This document shows, in pieces, positions 43,023 through 56,812 of a stretch of DNA of 64,000 bases. Made by a program: the position numbers and the translations under genes. Source of the stretch: Eledone cirrhosa. Lineage: Eukaryota. The DNA lies in the NCBI GenBank assembly GCA_964016885.1, contig OZ024743.1:98332001-98396000 (forward strand), given 5' to 3'. Position 1 is the first letter of the stretch, and each line of letters opens with the position of its first letter. Under the pieces are notes generated by a model. It had not been told where the DNA came from. It did no database searches and saw only the letters and a program-made list of their open reading frames with translations.

Positions 43023-43200
43023 AAATGGCTTCTACAGGACTAGAACTGTTAAATTCAAAGGTAATCATCAGGAAAGCGCTTTCCTGATGATTTCCTTCAA
43101 TTGAAACAGTTCTAGTCCTGTAGAAGCCATTTATTGTATACATTCTAATGTATTGAGTACCTTACTTACTGTGGTTACCCCCGATTGAATCCGGGACTCT
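43023..43200 (+). repeat. Fold-back element, family F (55-bp arms, no loop, tail)
   Basis: Centre GGAAAGC/GCTTTCC at 43077/43078. CTGATGA is at 43084 followed by GAAAC, and TTGAGTAC is at 43153. It is flanked by microsatellites. Confidence 0.8.
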
Positions 43201-43206
43201 CTCTCT

Positions 43207-43238
<32 letters not shown>

Positions 43239-44488
43239 CACACACATACATACAGTCAAGCAGACCCATGTACACACACTTACAATATGTATGGGAATGT
43301 AGGGATCTCATTATAATTAATATGAATATATTCACCATTTAGCTCTCAACTAATAATCTGGTGTTACTTTAGAATTATAACAAATCGTTGATACAATTAA
43401 AGAGTAACCTCATTATAATATCAGATCATTGATGACTTGGTAAATGCCACTTAATAAAGCAGAGGAGCGTGTTTCATGTTTTTTGATATGGTAATGTCTT
43501 TGTGAAGATCAATTTCACATTCCTTCTTATGCTGGAGAAATGACAGTCTGGAGAAATGACAGTCTGGAGAAATTCCTATAGCTGGATTACTCATTCCATC
43601 ATAGCAAGAGGAGACTAGACAATGTCTACAGTAGTGAGCTTAATAGCAGTGGGATGATAAATCTTGTCTAGATTTTATTATAATTGTTTTATTTTATTTG
43701 TTTTTACTTTTATTTCTTGCTATTCCATAATATATCCTAATATTACATAAAGAGACATTATCGTACTGTTGAAGAAGAATTTAGATAGATTAGATAAAGA
43801 CTGGGCACTGAGTCATTTGTGATGAGTCAGTTATCCATGTTCGAAGAATTCCAAAGGAATTTTCCATTGGAATGTAAATGTGAGATTCAAATATTGTATT
43901 GGTCACTGGAGTATCTTAAACAAGAACCAAACAAGGTACTTCTTCCTACACCCCTTTTACAGTCATGATACTGAAGCCTCATTTTGTTGTTTTATTTATA
44001 AATGATATAACAATAACTAGAATGTTCCTTTAATTTGTGCATACTACCTGTCAGTCGATTGTTTTTTAAACTATTTCAAGATCATTGCAGAATTTTTAAA
44101 AAATATATATTATTATATAATTAGTGTATTCTGTTGTCAAAAATGATGACAATTTTATTAATTATAGAGAAATGTTGCCTCTATTCATACCAGGCATGTA
44201 GCCCAGTTGTTGAGGTGTAGGACTCACAATTGTAAGGTTTGTTTCCTGGACTGGGCAACACATTGTATTCTTAAACAAGATGCTTCATTTCTCATTGCTT
44301 CAGCCCACTCAGAAAAAAAGGAAGTACCAACAGCAGCTGGGAGGTTGGGCATCTCATCCAGGGAGGAGTACTTTTCATGACTGGGTTGAAGTCTCTATCA
44401 TTAAAGCATTCGAGAAATCACCTATGAGATGCAGCCTCACATCAGGCCAGCTAAACCTATATAGATGTGAGGTGTAACAACAATCAGG

Positions 44489-45226
44489 TTAACCCTTTAC
44501 CATTCACATTACTCTATATATACTATTATATTTTCACAGTAAAGGCTTTACATCACATAATATGGAATCTATGAGATTTTGAGAACAATACCTTAACGTC
44601 AGTATGAGTGACCAGTTACAGCTGGTTTAAACAGAAAGGGGTGAGAGAATTCTGGCCAGATATGGCTGGTTTAAATGCAAAAGAGTTAAAACGAGAGTTG
44701 AAATCATAGATAAATCTCTTACCTAAAGATTTCATATTTACCAATAGTGTGTAAATATAACAGTCCATACCACCTGCTGAAAATAATGGATCATAACAGT
44801 ATATATGCTCATAGCCATTCCTGTGGTTAAACAAAAATGACAACTGGTCTATTGAACTGTTTAATGTAAATCATGAAAACGTTTGTTAACCCTTTAGCAT
44901 TTAAACCGGCCATATCTGGCCAGAATTCTCTCACCTCTTTCTGTTCAAACTGGTCATAACTGGCTGCTCATTCTTATATTAAGGTATTGTTCTCAAAATA
45001 AATAATATCAAATCTCATAGATTCGATATTATGTGAGATAAAGTATTTATCATGAAAATACAATGGTATATATAGAGTAATGTAAATGTTATGTGAGATA
45101 AAGTATTTATGAAAATACAATGGTATATATAGAGTAATGTAAATATGGGAGATATTATGTGAGATAAAGTATTTATCGTGAAAATACAATGGTATATATA
45201 GAGTAATGTAAATGGTAAAGGGTTAA
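44489..45226. mobile_element. Two piggyBac-type MITEs in inverted orientation (44489-44689, 44886-45226)
   Basis: TTAA-CCCTTTA...TAAAGGG-TTAA ends. The second has an internal ~60-bp triplication. Confidence 0.8.
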
Positions 45227-45477
45227 AATACATTTCAAAAACAGAGAGAAAGAAGAGAAGGAATACAGAGATGTGAAGTCCCTGCGTCTTTAGTTCTCTC
45301 TGTTTGTGCTCCACCTCTCTCCCTATCTCTGTTTGTGCTCCACCTCTCTCCCTATCTCTGTTTGTGCTCCACCTCCCTCCCTCTCACTATCTGTCAAACT
45401 TTTTGAAGCGGATTTTTATAAATTTAAATATAATGTCAGTTTCGTTTCATCAAAAGATTTTGTAGTAAGTTTTTAAA

Positions 45478-46752
45478 ATCTGTGTGTATGTATATATATG
45501 TATGTAAATGTATCTGTGTGTATGTATATATATATATGTAAATGTATCTGTGTGTGTATATATGTATATAAATGTATCTGTGTATGTATGTGTATATGTG
45601 TATGTATATGTGTGTATGTATATATGTATGTAAATGTGTCTGTATGTATGTATATATGTAAATGTATCTGTGTATGTATATATGTAAATGTATCTGTGTA
45701 TGTATGTGTAAATGTATCTGTGTATGTATGTGAATGTATCTGTGTATGTATGTATGTATATATGTAAATGTAACTGTATGTATGTATATATGTAAATGTA
45801 TCTGTATGTATGTATATATGTAAATGTATCTGTATGTATGTATATATGTAAATGTATCTGTGTATGTATGTGTAAATGTATCTGTATGTATGTATATATG
45901 TAGATGTATCTGTATGTATGTATATATGTAGATGTATCTGTATGTATATATGTAAATGTATCTGTGTATGTATGTATGTATGTATATATGTAAATGTATC
46001 TGTGTATATATGTAAATGTATCTGTGTATGTATGTATGTATGTATGTATGTGAATGTATCTGTGTATGTATATATATATGTAAATGTATCTGTGTCTGTA
46101 TGTAAATGTATCTGTGTGTGTATATATGTATATAAATGTATCTGTGTATGTATGTGTGTATGTATATATGTATGTAAATGTGTCTGTATGTATGTATATA
46201 TGTAAATGTATCTGTGTATCTGTGTATGTATATATGTAAATGTATCTGTGTATGTATGTATGTATGTATATATGTAAATGTAACTGTATGTATGTATATA
46301 TGTAAATGTATCTGTATGTATGTATATATGTAAATGTGTCTGTATGTATGTATATATGTAGATGTATCTGTATGTATATATGTAAATGTATCTGTGTATG
46401 TATGTGTAAATGTATCTGTGTATGTATGTATGTGAATGTATCTGTGTATGTATGTATGTATATATGTAAATGTAACTGTATGTATGTATATATGTAAATG
46501 TATCTGTATGTATGTATATATGTAAATGTATCTGTATGTATGTATATATGTAAATGTATCTGTGTATGTATATATGTAAATGTATCTGTGTATGTATGTG
46601 TAAATGTATCTGTGTATGTATGTATGTATGTATGTGAATGTATCTGTGTATGTATGTATATATGTGAATGTATCTGTGTATGTATGTATGTATATATGTA
46701 AATGTATCTGTGTATATATGTAATTGTATCTGTGTATGTATATATGTATGTA
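45478..46752. repeat. Minisatellite, unit ~TGTAAATGTATCTGTGTATGTATGTATATA
   Basis: Dozens of variable-length tandem units. Confidence 0.9.
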
Positions 46753-49700
46753 AAGGCTAACTACTCTCTGTTTCTCTCTCTCTCCACTTCTCTTGGGTTT
46801 TCGTTCTCTCTCCTTTTTCACACCAACTCTGCCATTTATGCCAAGTTACAAACAAAAACTAAAAATATATACAAATATATGCAGGGTATTATTACATTGG
46901 ATTGTACATGCTTCTACACACACACATCAAAACAAGGAATATAGGTTGAACAGTCCCTTCAAAACATCTGCCAATTACAAACAATGGGTATAGTTGACTG
47001 GGATAGAAAAAAGATTATGTACAGTTTAGTTGTAGAGGTATGTATAAACATATGTGTTTTATATATATCATCATTTTACCTCCGCTTTTTCCCTACTTGC
47101 AAGAGTGGGACAGGTCTTCTTCAGCACACCATCTCTCCATTCGTCACGGTCCCTTGTCATCTCAAAATATAAATATTATATATATATATATAGCAAAGTT
47201 GCACACAAAAGCAGCCATCATCATCATCAGTCACTCCTCGGAGAATGCAATTTCGTGCATAAGAATGAGCCCAGGTTACATGATGGCTTATAGCAAGCAA
47301 TTGGAAAGATGCATAGGAGACAACACAACAACATAGAAGCAGGAGGGAACAAGTCAGTGCCTTTCAACTTGAACAGCAAAATAGCACAAAATAACAAATT
47401 AATAAAAATATCCATCTTCTTCCTCAGCAAGTTTGATAGATAGGACATATATTTTTTAGGGACAATGTTCACAGAACAAAAAATTACGAAAGAATATATG
47501 AAATTTACAGCTCGCACCTATGCAGGTTTAGCTGGCCTCCTATAAGGTTGCATCTTATAGGGGTTTTTTTTGTGTCTTAATGACAGGTGCTCCAGTCCTG
47601 CCACAAAAGGCAACACGAAAAAAAAATCTTGCTCAAAAAGACATGCTGCTTGATCTAGGAATTGAACTTGAAACCCTATGATTGTGAGTCCAACACCCTA
47701 ACCACTTGGCCACTTGCCTTCATTTCATTTCAATAATTGTTTCTACTTTTGGTACAAGGCCAGGAATTACCAAGTGTATTACTGGTACTTTATTTTATCG
47801 ACCCCATAAGGATGAAAGGCATAGTTAACCTCGAGGATCAAACCTGAAAATGATGTTTGTCATAGAAATAATTCAGTTTTTGACACATGGAAATTTGCTT
47901 TGTCATATCCTATCCTATCCAATCCTTGCCAGCACAACAGGTGTTTAGAGTTTTATAATGATGATGATGTTACATGGGACAGGTATACTATTCCTGCTCA
48001 GTGACTTTTATTATTTAAAAGAGCCGTAGATTGGTAGAATTGCTAGAGCACCGGACACCCTGCTTTGTAGCACAGAGTTACGGTCCTTTATATTCTGAAT
48101 TCAAATCCCGCTGAGGTTAGCTTTGCCATTCATCTTTACTGGGTCGAAAAAATATAGTACCAGTAATGCACGGGGGGGGGGGGGGGATTTCATCGACTCC
48201 CCCCCCCCCCCTCTTCAAATTGCTGGCCTTGTACCTTAAAGTAGAAACAATTATTTAAAAGGTACCTACAGATGTCATGTGGACCACTATATTTCACTAA
48301 GATCTAATAAAACTGAAACATGTCGAGTTGTCCCCCCTGTCTGCCATCAAACTAGTTCCCCCTCATTACATTACCTCATCCCAATTTCAATTCATTGGGA
48401 TTTCGGTGTCAGTTTGTTTGTTTTTTTAATCCTTTTTCGATTTTGAGTTGTGACTTTTGTCTTAGTTTTATTTAAACGTTGTTTAATGTTTACCTTGATA
48501 CAGGTATAGCCTTAATTGTTTCAATTTATCATGTTCACCTCACTGTCTTAACATATACTTTACTATTTCATACAATGTCTGGTTTTCCAAAGAAATAACT
48601 TAAAATATTGAGGCCTGATAGATAAATATGTAAGAAATTTGAACTATTTACTCAAATGCCATCAGTTCAATTCTGATGCAGGTGTACTATCGTGTTTATG
48701 AGTAGAAACTGTTATACTACGTTGCTTCAGTTAACCTAGTTGTGGGTTGGAATGATATACCAGATTAATTGGAGATGTTACTCTAGATATACTAGTAATA
48801 TAATGTAAATGTTAGATATACTACTAATATAATGTAAATGTTAGATACACTAGTAATATGTGGTTGACAATCAAACATAGAGTATAGAGGACTCTTTAGT
48901 CTTGTCAAGGACCTGACAACCTCTCAATATGCTTTGTAAAGTGGTCTGTGTTAGAAAAAGCATCCAGCCATGCCTACAACCTTTCATAGAGGGCAGTAAA
49001 TCCAAATAAGAACTGACTTAGCCCATGCAAGCATGGAAAGTCGATGTAGAATGATGATAATGAAATTGTGAATCACAGCCTGAATCATTTCAGTTTTAAT
49101 ATGAAATTTATTTTTCTAGTAGAAAAAAAATTAAGGAAAACTTTTTATTCAAAATACATGTATTATATGATAATGATAAAAAGAAAAAGGGAAGAAAAAT
49201 TGGAAGATAAAAACTCTACACCTTAGGCTGGATGGCATGTGTCACCGGTGTCTCACAGACAAGATGTAGTGAAAGCACTGCTGTGGAGATCAGCCATTCC
49301 ATCATGAGGCTCTTCAGACATAATGCTCTCGTTAGTGGAGGAAAATGTCAGTCAAGTTATCAAGTCTAATTCTTTGGGTTAATCTGTTGGGAATAGCTGC
49401 TAGTGATTTTATTTATTTTTTTAATAAAACAAAGTATGACTCTTATAATAATTATAGAATGATGCAACATCTATAATATGCTGTATCAGTGTCAATTTTT
49501 GTTCAGAGAAAAAATTTAAAAACAAAGTAGGGGAATGTAAAAAAAAGAAGAAAAATCATGTAATTGAATTACTGTTTATTTTAAATTCCATTCTTTATTG
49601 TATAATTTCAATTTCTCATTATTACTCATTCTTTAAATACTTAGATTTATTTATTTATTACTGTTATCATCATTGTTACTAGCAGAAAAACCACCCATCG

Positions 49701-50069
49701 TGTGGTTTTCTGCTAGCATGTGTAGTGTGTATATTGATATTATACGCAAGTATATATACATGTAGATATGATACATCAAATAAAATCGTACGCAGTCCCA
49801 CACTCCTTACTTTATTATAGTTTAGATTACAGAGGACAGTGAATAGGCAAAATTGTTAGTGTATTGGATGAAAGGTAGTGCAGTATTTCATTATAACCCT
49901 CTACATTCTGATTTCAAATCCCATCAAAGTCAACTTTATCTTTTGTTTTCTTTGATAAAATAAAATACCAATCAAATACTGAGATCAATATAATCAACTT
50001 TCTTTTCCTCCCAAATTGCTGGCCTTGTGCCTAAATTAGAAACTATTGTTATTATCATATTAGGGAACT

Positions 50070-50260
50070 TTTCCTTCTTACATCATCAGAAGCAATTGTC
50101 TCCAACTGATCCGGCTGGATCCCCAAGTAGTACCAACCAAGCTCGTGTATATTATCCAACCATCTTGCTCGGAGTCTACCCCTGGGTCTCTTGCCAGTTG
50201 GTTTTGCCCATAAAATCTGTCCAGCAATTCTTTCATGAGACATTCTAACCACATGCCCAA
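50070..50260 (-). mobile_element. RTE LINE 3' fragment (related + copy at ~56160-56400)
   Basis: GHVVRMSHERIAGQILWAKPTGKRPRGR..RWLDNIHELGW. Confidence 0.7.
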
Positions 50261-51042
50261 AGTCGATAAAATGAAGTACCAGTAAAGTTTTGGGGTCAAT
50301 ATAATTCATTTCCCCTCCTCCAAAATTGCTGGCCTTGTATCTGTTAGAAACCATTATTAATCCCGCCGAGGTTAGCTTTGCCTTTCATCATTACGGGGTC
50401 GATAAAATAAAGTACCAGTAATGTACTGGGTAATTGCTGGCTTTGTGTCTATGTTAGAAACCATTATTAGTGCTGAGTTCAAATCCCGCCAAGGTTGACT
50501 TTGCCTTTCATCCTTACGGGGTCGATAAAATAAAGTACCAGTAATGTACTGGGTAATTGCTGGCCTTGTACCTAAAGTAGAAACCATTATTAGTGATATT
50601 TGTAAGCTTTAAGGCAGTGGATTACCAGAGTTGTTAGAGTATAAGACAAATACTTCACAGTATTTGTTTTGGCTCTTTATGTCATGAGTTCAAATCCTGT
50701 TGAGGTCAACTTTGTTTTTCATCCTTTTGAGGTAAAATAAAGTACCAGTACTGAGGTTGATATAACAGACATACCCACTACTGGCCTTGATCCTAAATTA
50801 GAAATCAATATTTGTAAAGCTTTGTTCTCTTTAGCAGTTAGTTTATTCCAATGTTCCTCTGTAAAGTAGGGAGCTTCAAGCTATCAGTGATCTGTCAGGG
50901 CAGGAATTTGAGTAATGGGGATGGCATATCTTCTTTCCGTAATGTGGTGACAAGATTTTTACTGGATTCTGTGAGTTTGCATTGGTTTTACCTTTTGATT
51001 TTGGATTTTTTTTTATTCTTTAGTGAAACAGATGACAGACCT

Positions 51043-51402
51043 ACACACACATACACAAATATACACACACACACAAATATACACACACATACGTACATAC
51101 ACATACATACACACACAAATATACACGCACACACATACAAATATACATACACACACACAAATATACATACACACATACATACACACACAAATATAGATAC
51201 ACACACACATGTACACACACAAATATACATACACACACATACATATGTACACACACAAATATATGTACACACACAAATATAGATGCACACACAAGTATAC
51301 ATACACACACATACATATACATACACACACAAATATATGTATACACACAAATATACATACACACACAAATATACATACACACACAAATATACATACACAC
51401 AG
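51043..51402. repeat. (ACACACACAAATATACAT)n-type minisatellite
   Basis: Visible directly in the sequence. Confidence 0.9.
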
Positions 51403-52952
51403 ATGCATTCCCATCCAGTTCCAACTCTTCTCATGTTAAAAAAAAAAGGGGAAATTAACCCCCCCCCCCTCCCACACTTCCTCTGCAATGATGAAAGAGA
51501 AGTCCTTTCTGTTGTAATAACTGTTTCTACTTTTGGCTCAAGGCCAGCAATTACCCAGTGTATCACTGGTACTTTATTTTATCGACCCTGCAAGGATGAA
51601 AGGCAAAGTTAACCTCGGCGGGATTTGAACTCAGAATGGTAAGGGCCGTAACTCTATGCTTCAAAGCATGGCGTCTGAGCCTCTACCAATACTGCCAATA
51701 ATAATAACAACACAGAGTTCTTATGTAAAATTAACGTCCATCTTCCACGCTAACATGGGTCTGGACGGTAATTTTCCCACTTGAAGCAAGATTGGTTGTC
51801 TTGCTCAGGACTGTCTGGCGGGTTTTATACGGCTGGATGTCCTTCCTAACAGCAACCACGTTTACAGTGTGGACTGGGAGGTTTTTACCGTGTTACCTAC
51901 ACGGCCACATTACAGCGTGGACTGTGTTTTTTTGTGTCGTGACACCTACACGACCTCATTTATTTTGGACTGGATGTTGTGGTACCAACATAACTTCACA
52001 TTGAAAGGGGGTGGGGTGGGGGTAGTGGGACGGGGGTGTATATTTGATTAAGAGGTGCCTACTGACTGTAGGTTTCGCTTTGTACTAAGGCAAGGCGGAT
52101 CTTCTGTATTCCTGTGTAGTGCTAAAGATCTCGGTCCAGTAACATTGTCTTGGAGAGGTGTAAGTGTGTGAGGTCTGAATTTATCAAGTCGTCCCAGGTT
52201 TTTCTGGGTCTGCCTACTCCGTGGCTACCGTTTATTTTTATCGCCCTGCACTTTTTTATACAGTAAAATCCTTATTGTTTAAGACTTCTCTTTCTTCTTC
52301 TTGATCCTCTTCTACCTTCTCTTAATTTTCTTCTTTTTTCTCTTATGTCCTCTTTTCCCCTTCCTCCTCCTCTTCTGTATGTAGAGGGGGGGAGGGGAGA
52401 GCGAAGTTCTTTGAAATTTATTATTTTCACTATTTTTTCCATTCTTTTCTGTTTTTAAACAATTTTGTGTTTTAACTCTCTTTCTACTTTCTTCCTTTTT
52501 GTACTCTCACCTCCCTCTCACACCCCTCCCCCTTTCCTCCCTCATACCCCTCCTGCTTTCCTCCCACTCCACTCACTGTCAAATCTTTTACTTTCTTTCT
52601 CCTTCTCAATCTCTTTCTTTCTTCCCTTTTTTTATTTTTCACATCCCCCCCCCCACGCGCTTCAATCCACCCCCATCACTTGCCTACTTTTGTCTCCTTT
52701 TTCTCCCCCCCCCCCCTCTGCCATCACCATACAATATCTCACTTCAAAGGCAGCTGCTGTGTAGAACACCTCCTCCCCCCTCTCCTCTCATTCACTCTCA
52801 GCAGCAGCAGCAGCATTACAGTTCCAGGCATTATCATGGGATGTACTCAAATACAGCTGAAGAGAAGTGACCCCATGGGGTCAGTAATATGTATGTCACT
52901 GGGACACAGATTGAGGCTTGATCAACCTTAGTTGACTCACCTGGATTAGAAT

Positions 52953-53378
52953 GTTAGTATTCTACTATATTATATCTACTGGCCCCTTCGTCTGCAATGA
53001 ACCCCTGGTAGTGCCCACTTTGAGAACCTCTGCCCTACACATTCTGTTGGTACAGGGGAGGTACATTAGGTAAGGTAGAGTCAGCTGAAGTGTGACAGTT
53101 ACAGAACTTGTGTACTTCACAGATGTAAAACCTTGCACACATCAGTGTTTATTTCTGGAGCTACTGGGTGTTTCAGAAATAAACACTGATGTGTGCAACG
53201 TTTTACATCTGTGAAGTACACAAGTTCTGTAACTGTCACGCTTCAGCTGACTCTACCTTACCTAATGTACCTCCCCTGTACCAACAGAATGTGTAGGGCA
53301 GAGGATCTCAAAGTGGGCACTACCAGGGGTTCATTGCAGCCGAAGGGGGCAGTAGATATAATATAGTAGTATACTAAC
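52953..53378. repeat. 205-bp inverted duplication with a 16-nt spacer
   Basis: 52953-53157 is the reverse complement of 53174-53378 with a few mismatches. No hammerhead core was seen. Confidence 0.9.
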
Positions 53379-53823
53379 CCTTTAGTATTTTCATTACTCT
53401 ATACTATTATATTTTCACGGTAAAGGCTTAACCTTTCATAATTATATCACATAATATCAAATCTATGAGATTTTGATATTATTTATTTTGAGAACAATAC
53501 CTTAACATCAGTATGAGTGGCTGATTACAGCCGGTTTGAACAGAAAGAGGTGAAAGAAAGCTGGTTGGATACGGCCAGCTTAAATGCTAAAGGGTTAAAT
53601 ATCAAATGATACATATTATATACAAATATAATAAAATAAAAAATATATCTATTCATATATTTATACATAGTATATATTATATTATTTATTATATATAAAT
53701 TAATAATTTTATTTATTATATATTATTTACAATTTGTGTGTAGGTAGGTCTCTCTGGAAATAGGGTTGGGGTGAGGGTATTACAAGGCCATGAGGGGAGG
53801 GGGTAAAAGTTTGAGAACCTCTG
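53299..53823 (+). mobile_element. hAT-type MITE containing a nested piggyBac-type MITE (53374-53598)
   Basis: TIRs CAGAGG.TCTCAAA / TTTGAGAACCTCTG and an 8-bp TSD GTGTAGGG/GTGTAAGG. Confidence 0.8.
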
Positions 53824-54009
53824 GTGTAAGGCAAAGCATGAGCTAATGCTGCAACTTTGAAGTCAAGAGTCCCAAAAGTAGTTAATATTGGTACCCCAGA
53901 TTTTGATGAGACTACCCAAGGGCTCAATTGAATTTTGGGACCAAAACCTGACATTTATATAAGAAATGAAAATCAACCATAATCCTTTTTGTTTTCACAT
54001 TTGCTATAG

Positions 54010-54162
54010 CTTTCTTCCTTGGTACCCAAGTGCTCTCCGCCTTCTCTGTAGCTCTACTTATCCTAGTTATGATAATGTCGATACTGCGGATGTCTGGATG
54101 TTGTGATGCTAGTGTTAAGGTCCATGTTGCCGTGATTTCTGCTATTTTGACTGTATTTGCAG
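54010..54162 (+). CDS. Claudin/PMP22-family protein, coding exon 2 (TM2-TM3)
   Basis: Pyrimidine tract plus TAG acceptor at 54009. The 153-nt exon is phase 1-1 and encodes PFFLGTQVLSAFSVALLILV...AILTVFA. Donor GTAAGT. Confidence 0.88.
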
Positions 54163-54610
54163 GTAAGTTACTATTTCTTATTTCTTTTTTGTTCTTTTGT
54201 TTTTTTAATGTTTCTTTTTTTTTCGTAATGCAGAATGACTATAGGCATAGCTGTGTGACTAAAAAGTTTGCTTCACAACTGTGTGGTTCCTTGTTCAATC
54301 ATATCTTCCAACACCTTGAGAAAAATGTCTTCTCCATCAGTTAATGCACATGAAAATAGGACAACCTCTCGACTTTATCCAGTTCTTGCAACCATGGAAA
54401 AATGGACATTAAACAATAACTCTTTCAGATTTTGGTGACACTTATAGGGTGCCAGTCATAACACAAAATGACAGAATCCCTAATAATCATTGAAAAATGA
54501 GGGCTTGTAAAACTGAAGATTCTGGAGGTTAACTATATACATCAGAAGAAAAATTACAAAACTTTCTTATTTATTGTTTTATAGAAAAAATATTTTTAAA
54601 TATGACAACT

Positions 54611-55049
54611 TTAACCCTTTAACATTTACATTACTCTATATATACTATTTTATTTATGTGGTAAAGGCTTTACCTTACATAATATCAAATCTATGAGATT
54701 TGATATTATTTACTTTGAGAACAATACCTTAACATAAGTATGAGCAGCTGGTTATGGCCAGTTTGAATAGAAAGAGGTGAGATAATTTTGGCTGGATACT
54801 GCCGGTTTAAATGCTAAAGGGTTAACCCTTTAGCATTCACTTTACTCTATATATACTATTACCTTTTCACAGTAAAGGCTTTACCTCACATAATTATCTC
54901 ACATAATATCGAATCTATGAGTTTTTGATATTATATATTTTGAGAACAATACTTAACATCAGTATGAGTGACCAGTTATAGCTGGTTTGAACAGAAAGAG
55001 GTCAGATAATTGTGGTTGCATACTGCCAGTTTAAATGCTAAAGGATTAA
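54611..55049. mobile_element. Tandem pair of piggyBac-type MITEs sharing a central TTAA (54822-54825)
   Basis: TTAACCCTTT...AAAGGGTTAACCCTTT...AAAGGATTAA. Further copies are at ~57275-57475, 59152-59326 and 62480-62682. Confidence 0.8.
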
Positions 55050-55501
55050 GGCATTTATTTATAGTTTAAAATTGGTATTTATTTGACAAACATATATATA
55101 ATTTACATCTTTAAAATTATAGATAAATAATTGTTTCTACGTTAGGCACAAGGCCAGCAAATACCCAGTGCATTACTGGTACTTTATTTTATCGACCCCA
55201 TAAGGATGAAAGGCAAAGTCAACCTCGGCGGGATTTGACCTCAGATCGTAAAGGGACGTAACTATGCTGGAAATTATAGATAAATAATGATGTACAATAT
55301 TAAATATGTAACTTTATTAAGCAAATATTTTTAAAATATAAATATCTTTTAAAGATTTTTTAATAATGTTTGTCAAATAAATCAACTTTTTTTTATACCA
55401 AACCACAAAAAACTTCTTTGTTTTATGACACAAATTTGTTTATTCTAAAGTGTTTATATCTAAAAACCTTCCATCATAATTTTTTGTAGGAATCTTTAAG
55501 T

Positions 55502-55813
55502 CAGAGGTTCTCAAAATGGGTGCTACTGTCGCCTCCCCCTGGGTGGGGAAGGGGGCTTGAGAAGATCCAGAAGGGGGCAGTAGAGACAATATAATAGTAT
55601 ATAGTATATTAAATATCAAATGATACATATATCATAGAGTAAAATAAAAAATATATATGTATTTATACAGTATATATTATATTATTTATTCATATAAATT
55701 AATGATTTAATTTATCATATATTATCTCTCTGGAAATAGGGGCTGGGGGGACTGAGGGTATTACATAGTAGTGAGGGGGTGAGGCGGTGGCCTAAAAAGT
55801 TTGAGAACTCCTG
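55502..55813 (+). mobile_element. hAT-type MITE (same family as 53299)
   Basis: TIRs CAGAGGTTCTCAAA / TTTGAGAACTCCTG and an 8-bp TSD CTTTAAGT/CTTTAAAT. Confidence 0.8.
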
Positions 55814-56579
55814 CTTTAAATTATGACCCTAACATCAACCTAATAAGGAAGTTAGTTATTTTACTAAAATCCATCCAAATGATTAATTAATGTCTTTCAT
55901 TAGAAATATGTTAACAAAATGGTTAAAGCTATAAATAATTGTCTTTTAAAAATATTTTATTTTTAATTTATTTTTTCCTGAACTCTCCCGAATGTTTGGT
56001 TTTATAAGCTATTGGGGCTGTCATTTCTCAGTATTTTTAAATTCGCTCTTACAAGCAGCCGAAAGGGTGTTTGGAGTAATGTGACTCGATAAAGTGTGTA
56101 GCTGAGATATGAGAGAGTGACTCCAGGTAGAGCTGCTACTTCTCCGAATTGAGAGATTACAGCTCTGATACTATGGACATGTGGTTAGAATGTGCTGGAC
56201 AGATTTTATGTGCAAAACCAACAGGTAAGAGACCCAGGGGTAGACCCCAAGCAAAATGGTTGGATAACATCCATGAGCTTGGCTGGTCATGCTTGCAAAT
56301 CCAGCTTGATCAGTTGGAGACGGTTGCTTCTGACAGTATCCACTGGAAGAAGTATTTGAGGACTCTGCCCTTGTGACTCTCTCAGGAATAAGTGGACAAA
56401 GAAGAAGAAGCTCTTATTAGTTAAACCAATGCCAAATATATACGATGTAAGCTTCGGGCATCTTCATAACATTTTAGGGCCCACCAGTCTCTTTCGTCTT
56501 TGTGTTGACATTCTTAATTTTTATGTATTCTTTGTTACAACTTTTAATGTCATTTCATTCTGTATTTCTTATATTTCAG

Positions 56580-56812
56580 TAACATTTCAGATCTCAGGAC
56601 TGATATTATTTGGTCTGGAAACTGGTCACAAAGATTGGCTCACCAACCATCGACACATCCATTTATCCTGGTCTTATGGTCTTTGTGCAGGAGGAGCTTT
56701 AATACTTGTATTTGCAGCATTGTTTTTTGCTTTGGCTGCATTTGCAGCATATGATACTAAAAAGGCAAAAGCTGAAGCCAAAAAGTTTGCTTTGACTATG
56801 CATAAGTATTAG
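56580..56812 (+). CDS. Claudin/PMP22-family protein, coding exon 3 (TM4, stop)
   Basis: Acceptor TTTCAG at 56579. It encodes VTFQISGLILFG...HLSWSYGLC (the family's SWSY motif)...HKY*. The spliced CDS is 271+153+233=657 nt, or 218 aa. AATAAA at 56917. Confidence 0.9.

Noticed and set aside
45478-46752. Regularly spaced repeat resembling a CRISPR array
   Set aside because: There are no unique spacers and no cas genes. It is a eukaryotic minisatellite.
47227-47517. Hydrophobic 96-aa minus-strand ORF
   Set aside because: It has no recognisable domain or splice support, so it cannot be called a gene.
56581-56590. Alternative acceptor TTTCAG at 56590 for exon 3
   Set aside because: It is 11 nt downstream of the chosen acceptor and would shift the frame, losing TM4.
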